A stretch of DNA of 64,000 bases from Camelus dromedarius. Lineage: Eukaryota. Made by a program: the position numbers and the translations under genes. Below, piece by piece: positions 12,801 through 26,279 of the stretch. How positions within the stretch are numbered: position 1 is the stretch's first letter; each line of letters starts with the position of its first letter. The stretch lies in the NCBI RefSeq assembly GCF_036321535.1, contig NC_087436.1, positions 92,878,001-92,942,000 of the forward strand. The letters run 5' to 3'. The notes under the pieces were generated by a model that saw only the letters and a program-made list of their open reading frames with translations, ran no database searches and was not told where the DNA came from.

Positions 12801-13530
12801 CTGTGGTGCTACTCCTAAAATTAATTCTTTCAACAGCACTAAATGAGTCCTGCTGTGACAGGACCCATGCTTGGCAAGGAAGATAGAAAGATGACTGTGG
12901 CACAGACTGCAGGAGAGACAGACAAGTGAACCGAAATCACAACACACTGATTGTGTAATGTGGACAGAGACTGAGTTAATCCCAGGGAGCACTAGGAAGG
13001 GCTCTAAGTCAGTGGGGGTCTGGGAAGGGTCCAGGAAAAGGTAATAATGGCCCTAAAGTTTTGAAGGACAAGAAGTTGGCTAAATGGAGGAAGGGATTCC
13101 AGACAGCAACAGAAAGTGCATGAAGCAACAGGATAGAGGACTAGTTCAGTTTGACCAGAATGAAGGTGGGGAGGGGAGAGAAGGGGGTGGCAGGGATTGT
13201 GAAAGGTCTGGGCCAGAGAGGCTGGCAGGTGTGCTCAGGATTGGATCTGAACTTGACGGTGGAATCCAGGGAACCATGGTACAATTTTAAGAAGTGTGAC
13301 ATCATGGGATTTAAAAGGATCACTTTGGAAACAGGACAGAAGATGACCAGAGGGGCAAATCAAAAGCTGGGGCCTTGATAGGGAAGCCGTTGCGTGTACA
13401 CAGGAGAGAAGTGATGAGATTCTGAACCGAGGCAATGTTGTGGGGAAGAGAAGAGGAAAGATGACTTGGAGAAGCCATCCAAGATTTGATGACTGACTAG
13501 GTATGGGTGTGCTGGAGAGGGAAGGTCTTC
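12790..13530. mobile_element. L2 fragment
   Basis: Purine-rich decayed sequence typical of L2 (TTTTAAG...TTTAAAAGGATCACTTTGG); boundaries approximate. Confidence 0.55.
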
Positions 13531-13973
13531 TAAGATCTAGAGACAAACTAGCTAAGGAGGAGTTAGAAGAGCAGTGAATTGATAATAAAATCTGAGGGGC
13601 TTGGGGAGAGGAAGCTGACTATTAGGACAGCTGGTACCCCACTTGAAAATCGTGACTCTTAATACTCTGACTTCTCATATGTGTAGTTTTCCACCACTAG
13701 CCACGAGCAGTCCAGGTGCTAGTCAGCTGTAGCTGACCAGCCAAATTGTGCTCTCTTGAAGCCACAGTAAACTTCTGTTTTCCTAAGGCCACTACCCAAG
13801 TTCAAGTCCTCAGGCTCTTCAGCCTGGATGACCTACCTGAGGAAAAATGCCATGTCTTCTGCACTCTTCACATATTTACTCCATATATTTATAGCACTTA
13901 TCACTCTAACATTTCTTATAATTATTTGTGTACCTACCAGGAGTGCATGTGTAAGTAGGTGTATATGCATGTT

Positions 13974-14381
13974 GTGTGTCTCTAAACTTGGACTGCCATA
14001 CAAAATATCATAGGCTGGGTGGCTTAAACAACAGAAATTTATTTCTCACAGTTTTGGAGGCTGGTAAATTCAAGATCAAGGTGTTGGCAGGTAGTTTCAT
14101 TCTGAGGTGTCTTCTCTTGACTGGTAGGTGGCTGCTGCTTCACTGTGTGCTCATATGGCCTTTTCCAGGTGAGTGCATGTGTGGGGCAAGGGGTGGGCAG
14201 AGAGTGACCAATAGCTCTTCCTTTTTTCATAAGGCCACCCTGTCCCGTTGGACTAGGGCTCCACCCTTACAACCTCATTTACCCTTAATTACCTCCTAAA
14301 GATCCTAGTTTCAAATAGAGTCACATTGTGGGTAGGGCTTCAACATATGAATTTTGGGGGGGCACAGTTCAGTCCATAGCA
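13974..14381 (-). mobile_element. MaLR solo LTR (MLT1A-like)
   Basis: GGCTGGGTGGCTTAAACAACAGAAATTTATTTCTCACAGTTTTGGAGGCTGG...GGGCTTCAACATATGAATTTTGGGGG...CAGTCCATAGCA. Confidence 0.88.
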
Positions 14382-14389
14382 ATATATAT

Positions 14390-15300
14390 ATATGTTTTAC
14401 TGATTTAAAGGGTTCTCTTATTACAGAGATACTAAAATAGAAAATGTCTCTTATTGTAAATTCCATATAGCCAATTTTTTCTTTAAATTTTTTATTCTTA
14501 TTTTTTATTGAAGTGTAGTTGATTTACAATGTTAGTTTCAGGTATACAGCAAACGATTCAGTTATCCATTTAGCCAGTTGATTCTCACAGGATACTGTTG
14601 ATTGTGGCTGAACTCTTACAGCAACATATGGTTGCAGTCAATGAACTGGTGTTGTGCCTTGAATGCCGCTTGATATTTTTGTTTTGGGCAGTAAGGTGAA
14701 AGTGAACAACTAAGACGTATATTGAAACTTAACTCTTTCAACAGTGATATGGTCAGCTTCTTTGCTGAACTGAATATTCATTCTGAATACTGGAAGACTC
14801 CTTACTCAGATTTTTAATACTATTCACAGTGTAACAGCTACAGATATAACACACTTTTAAGTTTAATCTATATTGTTAACATTCTCTCCATCACATTTAA
14901 GTCTAGACAACCAACAAAACAGTGAATCAAGCCCTGATTTGCGGTGTTTGCTGATATTTCCATGATGTAAATGCTCCCACCATGACCTATTTCAAACGAC
15001 CAACATAATGTCACTGAACATGGAGTTGGGAAGAGATGTGCATTACACCCCATTATATAATATTTCCATCATGCAGATACCATTGAAATAAATAAAATAC
15101 CTAACACTGATAATGGTACATGATATAGTAAAAATAACTAAGAAGTAATGAGTTTTTAATATTAGCTATTTTTAGTATAACTTATTGTAAAATTTATACT
15201 TAAAATTTTTAATAATTGTGTATAACAACCAGCTCACTAATTCTTAAGAATGTAACAAGCAACCCTTCAAACCAATATGCTCTGGTTCCTGCGTATCACT
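14390..15300 (-). mobile_element. hAT DNA transposon fossil (MER63-like)
   Basis: AAGCCCTGATTTG...CTCCCACCATG...GTCACTGAACATGGAGTTGGGAAGAGATG matches the recalled MER63 consensus. Interrupted by a small L1 tail at about 14480-14567. Confidence 0.7.
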
Positions 15301-15639
15301 TGGTGCCTTTGAGTATGACATTCCCTCAGCCCTTCTCTCCATTTCCTTTAGGTATTGGGACTTTCCTTAAGCTTTAATACCCTTTCAATCCTACTGCCCA
15401 GTGATGCTGTCACTAATCTCTCCTTTTCCCATCAGAAAAAAATCCCTCACTGAAATCCCTGAATATATTCCTACTCTATTAGGGAATTAATTATTTTCCT
15501 CTTTTGTATTATAACCTGATTAGTTTATATTCTTATCAAAGGTCTTAAGTTTCAGAGAGGGAACATGAGAAACTTAATGAGAAGTAGAAGAGAGTGGAGA
15601 ACTTTTGGTGGGTAGTCTTATATACTGTATTTATAACGT

Positions 15640-16545
15640 AAAAAAATTAACTATTCAATTAAAAAATAAATACATTAAAAACTGACCAGAAAATAATACT
15701 AATAATAGGAAGACTCATCAGTGGATGCTAAAACCATTGAGTGAAATGTTTATGGGGGCACAATATTGACAGTTCCAAAGTATCACTCCAGAGATTTGTC
15801 GTTAGTTAAAAAAAAAAAAAAAAAAAGATGAAAGGTGAATCTTTTTCCATGGAGCAACATAACAATTAAACCTTAATCAAGCAATCAAATTTAGCATCAT
15901 GAGTATGGTGGGTTATCCTGCCTCTGTCTCCTGATATGACATAATATTCACAACATTCTCCATAAGCCCTATAAGAAATTCTTGGCAGAATATTTACTCT
16001 GAATCTTATCATGCCCTTCTAGACCTAACTTCCAGTTTACTGAGAATGTGAAGAGACAGAGTAACAAGTTAAATAACACTATGGGACAAAAGTCAAAATG
16101 CAGTACCTTCTACAAAATAGCTGGCCTAGACCCTTCCAAAAGTAAGAATCATAAGAGGTGGCACAGCTATTTCAAATTAAAAGCATGTACAAAGTCATAA
16201 TAGCCAAGTGCATGGTTTGATTGCCTACATTCTAGATTTGGAAATAGCAATAAAAGAAATTTGGGGGACAATTGTATATATTTGATTATAGGATGGATAT
16301 CAGATGACATTATGTAGTTATTGTTAATTTTTTTTGAGGGGTATGTGATTTACATGTAAAGTTTCAGGATGTCTGCATCTTTTGTTCAAAAGTTTCAACA
16401 ACAAAAAAATCTAGGTAGATGGATAGACAGAACGAAAGCAAATGTAGCAAAATGTTAATAATTGTTTAATCAAGGTGAAAGCTATGAATATTCATTCTGT
16501 TAGTCTCTGATTTCATTTAATTCCCATATTAAAAAGTTTAAAAGA
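15640..16545 (+). mobile_element. Old L1M 3' region
   Basis: GAATCTTATCATG...CTAGACCTAACTTCCAGTTTAC...AAAGCAAATGTAGCAAAATGTTAATAATTG; boundaries approximate. Confidence 0.6.
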
Positions 16546-16689
16546 GACTGAAAGGAATTTTGTTGTAGCAATGTAATTTCTTCCGAGTTTTAATATGCCA
16601 GAAATCATATAGTAACTCATTATCAGGTATTATATGTAATAATCAATCAACTGACAACTCAGGTTGGTCCTCCAGTGGTATTGAAAACA

Positions 16690-17222
16690 AGTAATTGAAA
16701 GTGAACAAAAGCAAAATCTGCCACTTTGCATAATGGTTTCTTTTTAAGCTGAAGGCAATTGAGAAGCAGCAGATATAAGAAAAGCTCTCTGCCCTCCCCC
16801 CATTTGCCTAAAAACAGGACGTAAATTTGTAAAATTCTTCCCTCTTCTCTCTCTACCGGGAAGGACAAAGGTTACTCTTACCAGCCCAGAGAGGACACCA
16901 AAGCAATTTTACATAACAAACTTCACTAACTAGCTCTTATTTTCCATTAGCTCCCCTATGTATTTGTCTTCCCACAATTTGCCACCCTAGAAACTCAAGT
17001 CCTTTTCCTTTGTCTTGTCACTTCTCTTTCATTAAGATGGTATATAAGCCCAAATTCTCACCACCCCTTTGAATAACTCCCATGTGTGTAAAGCATGCAC
17101 ATGTTAATAAACTTTGCTTTGTTTTCCTCTTGTTACTTTTTTTTGTCAGTCTAATCCTCAGGGCTCCAGCCAATGAACCTAGAAGGGTAGAGGGAAAGGA
17201 TTTCCACACCCCCCCCCCATAA
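16690..17222 (+). mobile_element. ERV1 solo LTR (MER34/MER39-like)
   Basis: AGCTGAAGGCAATTGAGAAGCAGCAG, internal TATATAA and AATAAA, ending GAACCTAGAAGGGTAGAGGGAAA; boundaries approximate. Confidence 0.75.
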
Positions 17223-17589
17223 AGGCACCCAGATTGCAAAAGGACTTGTTTACACAGTTATTAAGAGTCAACTTTTTCCTCAGCATCTAACCTGCTATTT
17301 CAAATTACCCCTTTATTCAGTGCCCTGGAAAATCTGACAGCTACTAAGACTTCGAAGATTGAGTAAGATGCCTTTCAAAATGTGAAAAGGAGGTTGGAAA
17401 GAACCAGTGTGACAAGTTCTCAAACAGATAACTTTTAGGAAAACAAATACATGGAAGCTATGGTTTGGTCCACTCCATTAAAACTTTCAGTGCTAGTACA
17501 TCTTTTAGAAAACCTTTTTGTACTCCGAGGGGTACATGTATCACAGAATTTAATCTTTTGCCATATTTACTTTATATTTTTTCTTTTTT

Positions 17590-18580
17590 TATAAAATAAC
17601 ACACGTACAGTTGAAACCCCTCCCCATCTCACTATCCTAACTATCCAGAGCCAGCTCCTCACTGAAGTTGCTATATTCTTCCTGTTCATGTTTTTATAGT
17701 TTTATTACGTATGTATTTACTACTTAGGTACACGGAGAATAAACATATACAGCATAGCTTTGTATCCTTTTATATTTTTTAATAGATGGTACCATATTTC
17801 ATGTATCCTCTTGGAACCTACTTTTTTTCAGTGAACATTGTGTTTAAGATGTATCCACGTACACTTAAGCTTAGTTCATTTATTCGAGTGATAAGTACTA
17901 TATCCTATAGTATTTTATTTATGAATTACCAAAATTAATCTTAATGATGAACATTTGGTTTTTTACATTTAAAATCAATTCTGCGGTGAACAGCTTTGCA
18001 TGAGAGTTTATCTAGAGTAAATATTTACAAGTGGAGTGGGTAAGCCATAGGGTATCTTCAACCTGGCACATTAAAACAATAGCAAATTTACTCCCTTGAG
18101 AGGTTGCACTTAGTGTATGAGACTATCCCTAATCCCTGCCATCATTTGTTATTTTTAGCTCTCACCAATCTTAGTGTATGAAATGGCATATCATTGTTTT
18201 AAATTTTATTTATCTATTAATTTAAAATTTTTTCTTTTAGGGGGGAGGAGGTAATTAGGTTTTTATTTATTTTTAATGGAGGTACTGGGGTTTGAACCCA
18301 GGACCTTATGCATGCTAAGCACATGCTGTACTGCGGAGCTATACCCTCTCCTGACACATCATCGTTTTAATTTGCATTTTCCTAAGTAGCAATGTGGTTG
18401 AGCCTCTTTTCACAACTTTATTGGACGTTCAGGTTTTCTCTTCTTTTGCCCCTCTTTCTATTGTGTTTGTCTTTTATTATTATCCATTATCATTTGTTTG
18501 TTGCAGTTTTAAAAGCTTATGTTTAAATGTTAAAATTATGTTTCGATACTAGTCCTTTGTTATGAGTTGAAAATTTTCCT
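17590..18580 (-). mobile_element. Old L1M fragment
   Basis: T-rich decayed L1 (TTTTAATTTGCATTTTCCTAAGTAGCAATGTGGTTGAGC); hosts the 18.2 kb SINE. Confidence 0.65.
18201..18351 (-). mobile_element. tRNA-derived SINE (Vic-1-like) nested in an old L1
   Basis: Reverse complement of the same SINE head. Imperfect TSD TGGCATATCATTGTTTT / TGACACATCATCGTTTT. Confidence 0.85.
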
Positions 18581-19483
18581 TTCCCTTTCAAAGCTGGATA
18601 AAAATAATAAGTGGATATATGGGGAAAGGATAGAGGAACCATCTATCCCACAACCTTAGACCCCAAACTGAACTAGAAACTGCCAGGCCTGGCTCCGTGA
18701 AGCTGCTAAATTAAGATAAATGAAAAGGGGGCACAAACCAGGTTGCTTTCCAAAGCTTGCTGATTTATGAAAAATGATACCCCCCATTAAAACTCTTTTT
18801 AATAGGTTGACTTTGTTTTGCTGACTGAATCGACTTAATCCTATTATTCTAACAATTGAGTTATTTTGATTTCATTCTCTTTGCTTCTTCTGCATTCTCA
18901 GATGTGCTGAAGATGAACTAAAAAGGACCACAGACGTAGGCCTTCAATGGAGGTTTTAGAAAGATTTCAAAGAAGAAATAATTTATTTTGAATGGATAAA
19001 AATGAGGGGATAACTACCTATCAGATTTGTACTGTAGTTATTCTTACAAATTGCGCTCACTTTTAGTGACAGTAGCTTTTCTTTTTCTATTCTTTAATTT
19101 CTGTCAAAGGCAGACAGTATTTTCTCCATTTCTATGTCAATCCCCCAGACTTCAAACAAAACTATAGATACCAATGTGGATCCCAGGACAGTGTCTCAGG
19201 CAATTCAGGGATGGCATAAAATGTACTGAGAGAAGTTGAAGCCACTTTGCCAAGACATTTGGTTCTGTAAGAGCTTTCATGGTTGGTGTTAACTATTAAA
19301 TGCCATGACGTGTATCATTGTTCTTCTGTGAGAAGTATTATGAATAGCTTTGTGATTTGTGTTACGTTTAACGTTTGAATGATATTTAATGCCCTTCTTT
19401 TTTGTTTTTGTTTTTTAACACTTGGAATTTGTCTTTTTTCCCTTAGTATATTTCTTTACTTCTTTGATCGGTCTGTTTGGTAG

Positions 19484-19821
19484 TGTTAATTAAACAAGGA
19501 GGCCATTAACCCAAGATGGTTCTAACACCTTATTAGCCTACTAAGCAAACCAAAACCTAAGCCTGTTAATACCTCAGGGTTAAGAAATCAAAACTTAAGG
19601 ACAACCAATTACAAACAGCCAAGTAGTCTTTTCCAATTAAGCTATGGTCAATCAAATAATTCTAGTGCTTTGCTTCTGCCTTTTCTCTATGAAAGTCTTT
19701 CCCCTAGCTCCTGTCAGTGGATCACTTCTAACTACTTTTGGTTTGGCAGCGCCTGATTAGAATTGACTTTTGCTCAAATAAACTCTTTAATTTTTAATAT
19801 GCCTTAGTTTATCTTTTAACA
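19484..19821 (+). mobile_element. ERV1-type solo LTR
   Basis: TGTTAA...TTAACA inverted termini, internal CCAAT and AATAAA, 4-bp flanks GTAG/GTTG. Confidence 0.78.
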
Positions 19822-19851
19822 GTTGTGAGATAACTCCCCAAATCTACATGG

Positions 19852-20260
19852 TTGTCTTAATCAGGATTCTCTTGATTGCAAGTAACAGAAATTAAGCCCA
19901 AATAGATTTATGGGGGGAAAAGGACAAAATAATTGATGAATTTCAAAAGGCCAGAGGTAAATGATCTTATAACAGGCATGGCTGGACATAAAGTACAAAT
20001 GATATCAAAGGAATCTCTGTTCTGGTTTCTGCTTCCTTCTGAGTTGACTTCAGTATCAAGCTGATTCTCCCTTAACTTCAGTTCATATTCCACCAGATTA
20101 ATAAGACCAGCCTGTAAAAAGTGCTTCTTGCCTGATATTTCAAATAATGATCCAAGCTTGATTCCCAGTGGGTCAAATCTGGGCCCATGAATTCTTAAAC
20201 CAATCATTGAGACAGAAGGTCCAGGCTTGGGTCATTCACCCACACTGTTTAAATGGAATA
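19852..20260. mobile_element. Old MaLR LTR (MLT1K/L-like)
   Basis: TCAGGATTCTCTTGATTGCAAGTAACAGAAA terminus; right boundary approximate. Confidence 0.55.
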
Positions 20261-20843
20261 GTCGGAAGAATTTGTGTTGGATCAACCTCATCTGACGCTC
20301 TGTATTGCTATGAAAAGAATGAGGTATCGTCGCCAGGAAAGCAAAAACAGTATAATTCCACTTCAATCATCATTTTTTATCTGGTGCTTTTTATATTTTT
20401 ACTTTTTTTCTCCAATGCCTGTCAATCACTTTCTACTTGATAAGAGTTTCCATGGGATGAGGGTCAAGTCCTAAGTGTTACTCAGCTTATTTTAATTGAA
20501 GGAAAGAAAATTCTGCTGTGACACAAACCCTGTAGCTGAAGCAGTTGGCTACCAAGAGGCCATTACTCCTTTTGGCTAGAAATTGGCTGATGGAGCAAGA
20601 ATTGATTCCAGAGTTATTGATGATTTGGCTCTCCCCAGTTTTCAAGGGGGATTCTACTGAACCATCAAGTCATCAATTTGCTCATTTCTGCTTCCATCAG
20701 TGATTAATGATCCTGTAGTTGGACAGGGCATTTTTGCAGTTGCTAAGTGCTGTGTCATTCATCTCATTAGGAATACATTTCTACTTTTACTGGCTATCCC
20801 AAGGTAAGCTCCAGAAGCTCTGCAGATAGAGCATGAATATGGG

Positions 20844-20846
<3 letters not shown>

Positions 20847-20883
<37 letters not shown>
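20847..20883. repeat. (TG)n microsatellite
   Basis: Direct observation. Confidence 0.97.
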
Positions 20884-20884
<1 letters not shown>

Positions 20885-21235
20885 TGCGCGTGCGCTCCTT
20901 CGTCTTTGACTAGGCTGTTTTTAAACTCTGAAAGTTGTAGATAACTAATAGCAATGCAATCAGCCATGTTTATTCTTTTAGTTTCCTATTGCTGCTTTAA
21001 GAAATTACAACTAATTTGGTGCCTTAAAACAACACAAATTTACGACCTTAAAGTTCTGGAGTTCAGAAGTCCTACGTAGGTCTCCTGGGGCTAAAATCAA
21101 GGTATCTGTAGGGCTCTATTCCTTTCTGAAGGCTGTAGGGGGAAATTCATTTTCTTGCCTTTTCCAGCATTTAGAGGGCACTCCATTCCTGGCTTCTTGG
21201 ACTCTTTTTCCCATTTTCAAAGCCAGAAATGTTGC

Positions 21236-21306
21236 AACAAGATCTTATCATATAGCACAGGGAGTTATATTCAATGGCTTGTCATAATCTGTAATGAAAA
21301 AGAGTA

Positions 21307-21375
<69 letters not shown>

Positions 21376-21440
21376 GAATCACTATGTTGTATACCAGAAA
21401 CTAATACAACATTGTAAATCAGAAAATTAAAATTAAAAAA
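21236..21440 (+). mobile_element. Short L1 3'-terminal fragment with internal (TA)n, inserted into an MLT1 LTR
   Basis: 17-bp TSD AAAGCCAG[A/C]AATGTTGC at 21219-21235 and 21441-21457. Confidence 0.85.
21317..21372. repeat. (TA)n microsatellite
   Basis: Direct observation; lies inside the L1 tail. Confidence 0.97.
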
Positions 21441-22654
21441 AAAGCCAGCAATGTTGCTTCTTTCTGACTACCCTTCTGTGGTCACAAGGTCCTCAGACTC
21501 TATTTTGCTTACCCTCTTCCACTTTTAAGGACCCTTGTGATTACATTGGGCTCACCTGAATAATCCAGGATACTCTCTCTGTACTAAGGTCAGCTGATTA
21601 GCAATCTTAATTCCGTATGCGAACTTAATTCCCCTTTGCCATGTAACCTAACATATTTACAGGTTCTGAGGATCAGAGAGTGGACATCTTGGATGTCGGG
21701 GGAGGCAAGCACTTTTCTGTCTTTCACACCTACAAAAAATTTCTATCTGGTGGAGGTGGAATTGACTTCTCTACCCACCCATTCTTGTAGAAAAATCCAG
21801 TTTTGCTTCCACTTGTAAATTCATTTCAACTTCTCTTTACTCCATATAAACTTGTATTTCTTTGATTTCTCCTTTGAACCAATTTTAACACATCTCCCAG
21901 TTCTCTCATTATTTAATGAGCTACATAAAATCTTTGACATGTGTTTATTTTATGCATAATATAATTTCATATAAATATTATACATTTATATGTCATAGTT
22001 TTACTTTGAAAATGTATCACTTAGCTACTACAGATAGAATATATATATATATACATACACATACACCAGACATGTGTTCCAGGGCTTCAGAAAATGAAGA
22101 TATCTACCACTCTCTTCCATCTTCTTATACATTTCAACATAGGTAGAAGATGGACCTGGGTGGGACTGTAATGCCCACTGCTTGAAAGTCAAATATCAGG
22201 TTACTTCCTCCAACATTTGAAGCTCACGTTTTTATCACAGTCAATTCAAGGGAATTGTTTAACATCATCTGTTCCTTACCGTAGCTGGATCCCAGAAGCT
22301 TTAGAATCTATGTGTTAAAGCTGACAAATAGTTATCCCTCTACCTCTAATTATTGACCATGAATAGTGTTCTTGCAAGATTAAATGAACATGTTAAGCAC
22401 TTCTGCTTAAAAGTGTTAAGTATCCAGTTACTCTTCACCAGGATGTCTGGGAGTTCTCTGTTCTGATGTGTAGTAATTACCCTATCTCAATTTTCTTCCA
22501 TTTCAAGCACCTAAATTCACTCTGACAGAATAACTTACCATAAACTTTACCCTAAGTATTGAAACACAACATCCAAATAGATCAAATTTTCCAGTAGCCA
22601 AAAGAGACAAGGAAAATACGAGGCAATAAACTTGATGCTTCCTTATTACTGTGA

Positions 22655-23101
22655 AAATCAATAAAGGGAAACCTCACTAAAATGGAGTCAGGAGGCCAGA
22701 AGGGGGAGCTGTCATGCACACACCACTCAGAGTCAATACAGACCCCAATAGGAAGAGGTGTACTTTGCATCTCCAGCAGAAAGTGACACTATTTTACCAC
22801 CATGAGCCAGAGGAAGAAAGATGTTCTCCTTGCCTGACAATAGGTCAGCCAATGAGAAATTCTCAGAACTCAGTCAATGAGAAGCCACTGTACCTCAAAC
22901 TCCCAGTTTCCTCCTGTGGACTTTCTTGTTTATAACACTCCTCCCAACTTCCCCCTCTTCTCTCTGTTTTCTCTTCTTTGTTTTACAGGACTTGCGTGTG
23001 GTTCACCACAGTTGTGTGTCCCACACTGCAATTCTTTGCTGCTCCTACATCAACTCATTTTGCTGGTAAACCCATTTGGCTGCTTTATTGTTTTAGGCTA
23101 A
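22655..23101 (+). mobile_element. ERV1 solo LTR (MER41-like)
   Basis: AATAAAGGGAAACCTCACTAAAATGGAGTC start, repeated (C/T)CAATGAGAA boxes, TTGCTGGTAAA...TTTTAGGCTAAC end. Confidence 0.7.
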
Positions 23102-23739
23102 CCTTACCAATCCAAATCCTTTTCATCTATAAATTTATCACAGAGGAGCCGACCAGTAGCTCTATAGATCAAGATTGTACTCTCCAGCTGTGCTTTACTT
23201 AGGACAGAATTTCAGTAAAATTAAAATGTGAGTAGTAAATAATGGTAATAATAATAATAAAATGAGTATCACAGAATGGAATTTGTAGGCTTGTTAGAAA
23301 CGTGAAAAAGTCAGTTTTTGGTTCTAAATGGTATTTAAGTGTATTTATCCTTTTGCTCAGAGTCCAAAGGAATAATTTGTATACTTATTTCTATCTAATC
23401 TACATATTTTCTCTCCATGAGTAAAGAAAACAATTTGTATTTTAAATGATAGATTTACAATGCTTTAATTTTATTATTATGGAAATATTAATGGACTAGT
23501 CACAGTTCTTAGTAGCCACAGGTAACTAGTGACTACCGAGCGAGGTAGTACATATCTACACAATACGATCTCTATGTATTCTCCTAAAAACGGACAATTA
23601 GTTACTAGATAGACCCTTGGAGCTAGAGGTCAGCATCCTTCTTTGTAAAATGCAGGTTCAACACCTTTCAGAAAAAGCAAGTAGATTTTAGGTATAATTA
23701 TTTGCTATTTAGTATTTAGTTATATCCTCTTTTACTCAT

Positions 23740-24260
23740 GAAGAAATATATCAAAGCAAATTAAAACTTTTGCCCAACTTTTATTAACCTTTCATCAGCC
23801 TTTGATTTGGTGAGCAGGAGCCAGCTGGCCCAAGAGTGTGTGAACTTGACATGGTTTTCTTTATTAATATTCCTGCCAAATCTACCTTTTAATGTCATCT
23901 ACAGAACTAGGGTGGGCAGGAATGGCCTCTTGACAGACCACCTTATTTTAATTGTGGTTATAAATAGTGTGTCTTAGTACCACTTCCTTTGGTGTATATG
24001 TTAATAGTTCGGTATTGCTTTTGGATAAAAGGAAAGAAACATTTACCTTCTTACTTGAAATAGTAAATAGGAGTATCCTTGTAGACACTGATGAAATTAT
24101 TTTAGTGTCATGAATCAGTATCAGCCACACGAAGAGATCATTAACTGTGGGGAAAAAATTTAAAAATCTAAACTAGTGGTTCTCTAATTTTTAAGTGTTT
24201 GAAGTTACACAGCAGATCAGTGTGTTCGCTTAACCCAGGAGTGCTTTGTGGTTAATTCAT
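23740..24260 (+). mobile_element. Highly decayed non-LTR reverse-transcriptase fragment (L4/RTE-X-like)
   Basis: Manual translation gives FINLSSAFDLVSR (from 23780), GYK*CVLVPL (about 23956-23985) and SILVDTDEIILVS (from 24072), collinear with RT motifs FxDxxxAFD, GxxQGxxLxP and YADD. Confidence 0.65.
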
Positions 24261-25984
24261 GTTGGTGGGTCCCTATTTTAGATGTACTTGTATTCCTAAC
24301 ACCTGCCACAGAGCAGAACCTTAAACCCTAAACCTCTCAGGAACCCTAAACTTCAATGTAGATACAACTGGATAATAAGAAAATCATTCATAGCCATTAT
24401 AGTAGGTTTAAAAATCTTAATATTACAACGCTGTGTGTCTCATTTTGCAGGTTCCACGGAAATTTGTCTCAGTCTGGTCTTTGGCTAGATTTTAGTACTA
24501 TCTCTTTTGGATGCCTCATGTCTTCAGAAGCAGCCCAACAATGTGAAATAGTTTATGTAAGTCCCCCAAAGGGACACAAATTACTCCGCCAGCTGCATTC
24601 CCCCATGTCAGGAAAAAGAGAGTCCAATATACTTCAATTTATTTCTTGTTAATAAAAAAAATCTCAGAAGGCTGAAACACACTAACACAGAAAGGGAATG
24701 CAGTTAGGATTCAACTACTTGCCTTCATGAAAAGTATCAATAATTAATAATGTTTAAAGTTCACAGGACGTTAGAGATGAAAGAGTCCTGGAATATCTTC
24801 TGGCATAAAAATCCCTCTCCTTTCACAAATGGGGAAACTCTGACCAAGAGAAGCACGGTTGGTCAAGCCTTTAGTCTCACGATGTGATCTGACAGTGATC
24901 TTAACAGCGCTCACTGTTAAGGAGGGCTTGCCAACCATCAGTGCTCCCTGACTCCGTGGGGGGCACATATTCTTAAAACATAGTTGCAATATCAATGTAT
25001 TACCAGATGCTCTTTTTCTGCACTCACCAGTTACGTGGGACTCTATAATTATATTACAGTCCAAAGAGTTCAGGAACTTGTGTGCACAATTCAGGCTCTT
25101 CAAAGGACACAAATGGCCATAAATATGTGTGCATACAAATCTGTGTTTACACACATGCATACACATATACATGTATGTGTTTATGAATATATATATGTAT
25201 TTACACATGTCATATATGTAAATACATCAACTGATACCTAAAAAGACATCATCAATGTTAAACAGCATTAATAGCATACCTGTACACTACCGTAAAACCA
25301 TTGTTAAATGTATTGGAGAAGAGAAATAAAGGCAAATTTGCTACTTTTCAATATTTCAAAGTGTTTGTGAAAAATTTATCACTCCACACTTCTGTTAGGT
25401 TCGGTTGTCAATTCTTAGACTTTATACCATCCAGTCATAAGCCTTACATCAGTTGCACTAATGAAAAGTGAATCACCCTGGGACGTGTGCTTAGTGTGAA
25501 TGACCCAAAACTGTTTGTGAAAGAGCGTTGACTGTTACAGCAGTCATCCTTTGTCACGTGTTAGTGATGTAGCTCTAACTTAATTTTTCTTCCAACACCT
25601 CCTTTTTAAAAAAATGAAGTGGATGTGTCTTACCCTATACAACACATCGAAGTCTAAACTGTAATGTAACAAATCTTTAAGGAAATTATTACACATGAAT
25701 TGGATGTGCTTCAGAGTATTGTTTGAATTATGATGACTTCTGGTGCGATTTTTGCCCTTTGGAAGCAATAATGCTGTTCCTCAGTAAAATGGTTCTTTTC
25801 AGTAATAGTACAGATATTCTGGTATGTATTAGCTAAAACATTGTGTGTATTTGTATCATTACCAAAAAGAACCACATTCCTGAGGAAAGCATGTATTATT
25901 GCTTAGAGATTAGTGGTTTGATTCTTGGATGTGGAACTTAATTGCAGAGAAGCATACCTGAAAGATTAAGAGATCTCAGGACTT

Positions 25985-26091
25985 CGTCTAAACCTAATTA
26001 CCTCCCAATGGTCCCATCTCCAAATACTACCATGGGGGTTAGGGCTTCAACCTGTGGATTTAAGGTGAGGGACACAATTCAGTCCATCGCA
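25985..26091 (-). mobile_element. MLT1A-like LTR fragment
   Basis: Resembles 14280-14381 (TAATTACCTCC...AGGGCTTCAAC...CAGTCCAT). Confidence 0.7.
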
Positions 26092-26279
26092 GTCAGGAAA
26101 CCCACATGTACCAGATTTTTCTTTCTTCCAAATACCTGTAGATGATGACACGGTCAGGAACAGACAGGAGAAGGGTGCCCCCCCCTGCTGCCTAAGCCTC
26201 AGCTCTTCTAGCTGTGCCTTGACTGACATGATACTGCCTCTCCTTGGGGTTTTGCTGAACCACATTCAGGGACCTGCTG

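Larger units (their letters stand above)
20975..21728 (-). mobile_element. MaLR solo LTR (MLT1C-like), split by an L1 tail
   Basis: AGTTTCCTATTGCTGC...CTTAAAACAACACAAATTTA...TTTTAAGGACCCTTGTGATTACATTGGGC. Confidence 0.85.

Noticed and set aside
21155..21430. ORF with a YI repeat (also the HT-repeat ORFs at 58.6-58.9 kb)
   Set aside because: Artefacts of (TA)n and (CA)n microsatellites.
26174..26192. Reverse-orientation CTCF motif
   Set aside because: The C-run is too long to fit the core spacing; poor match.
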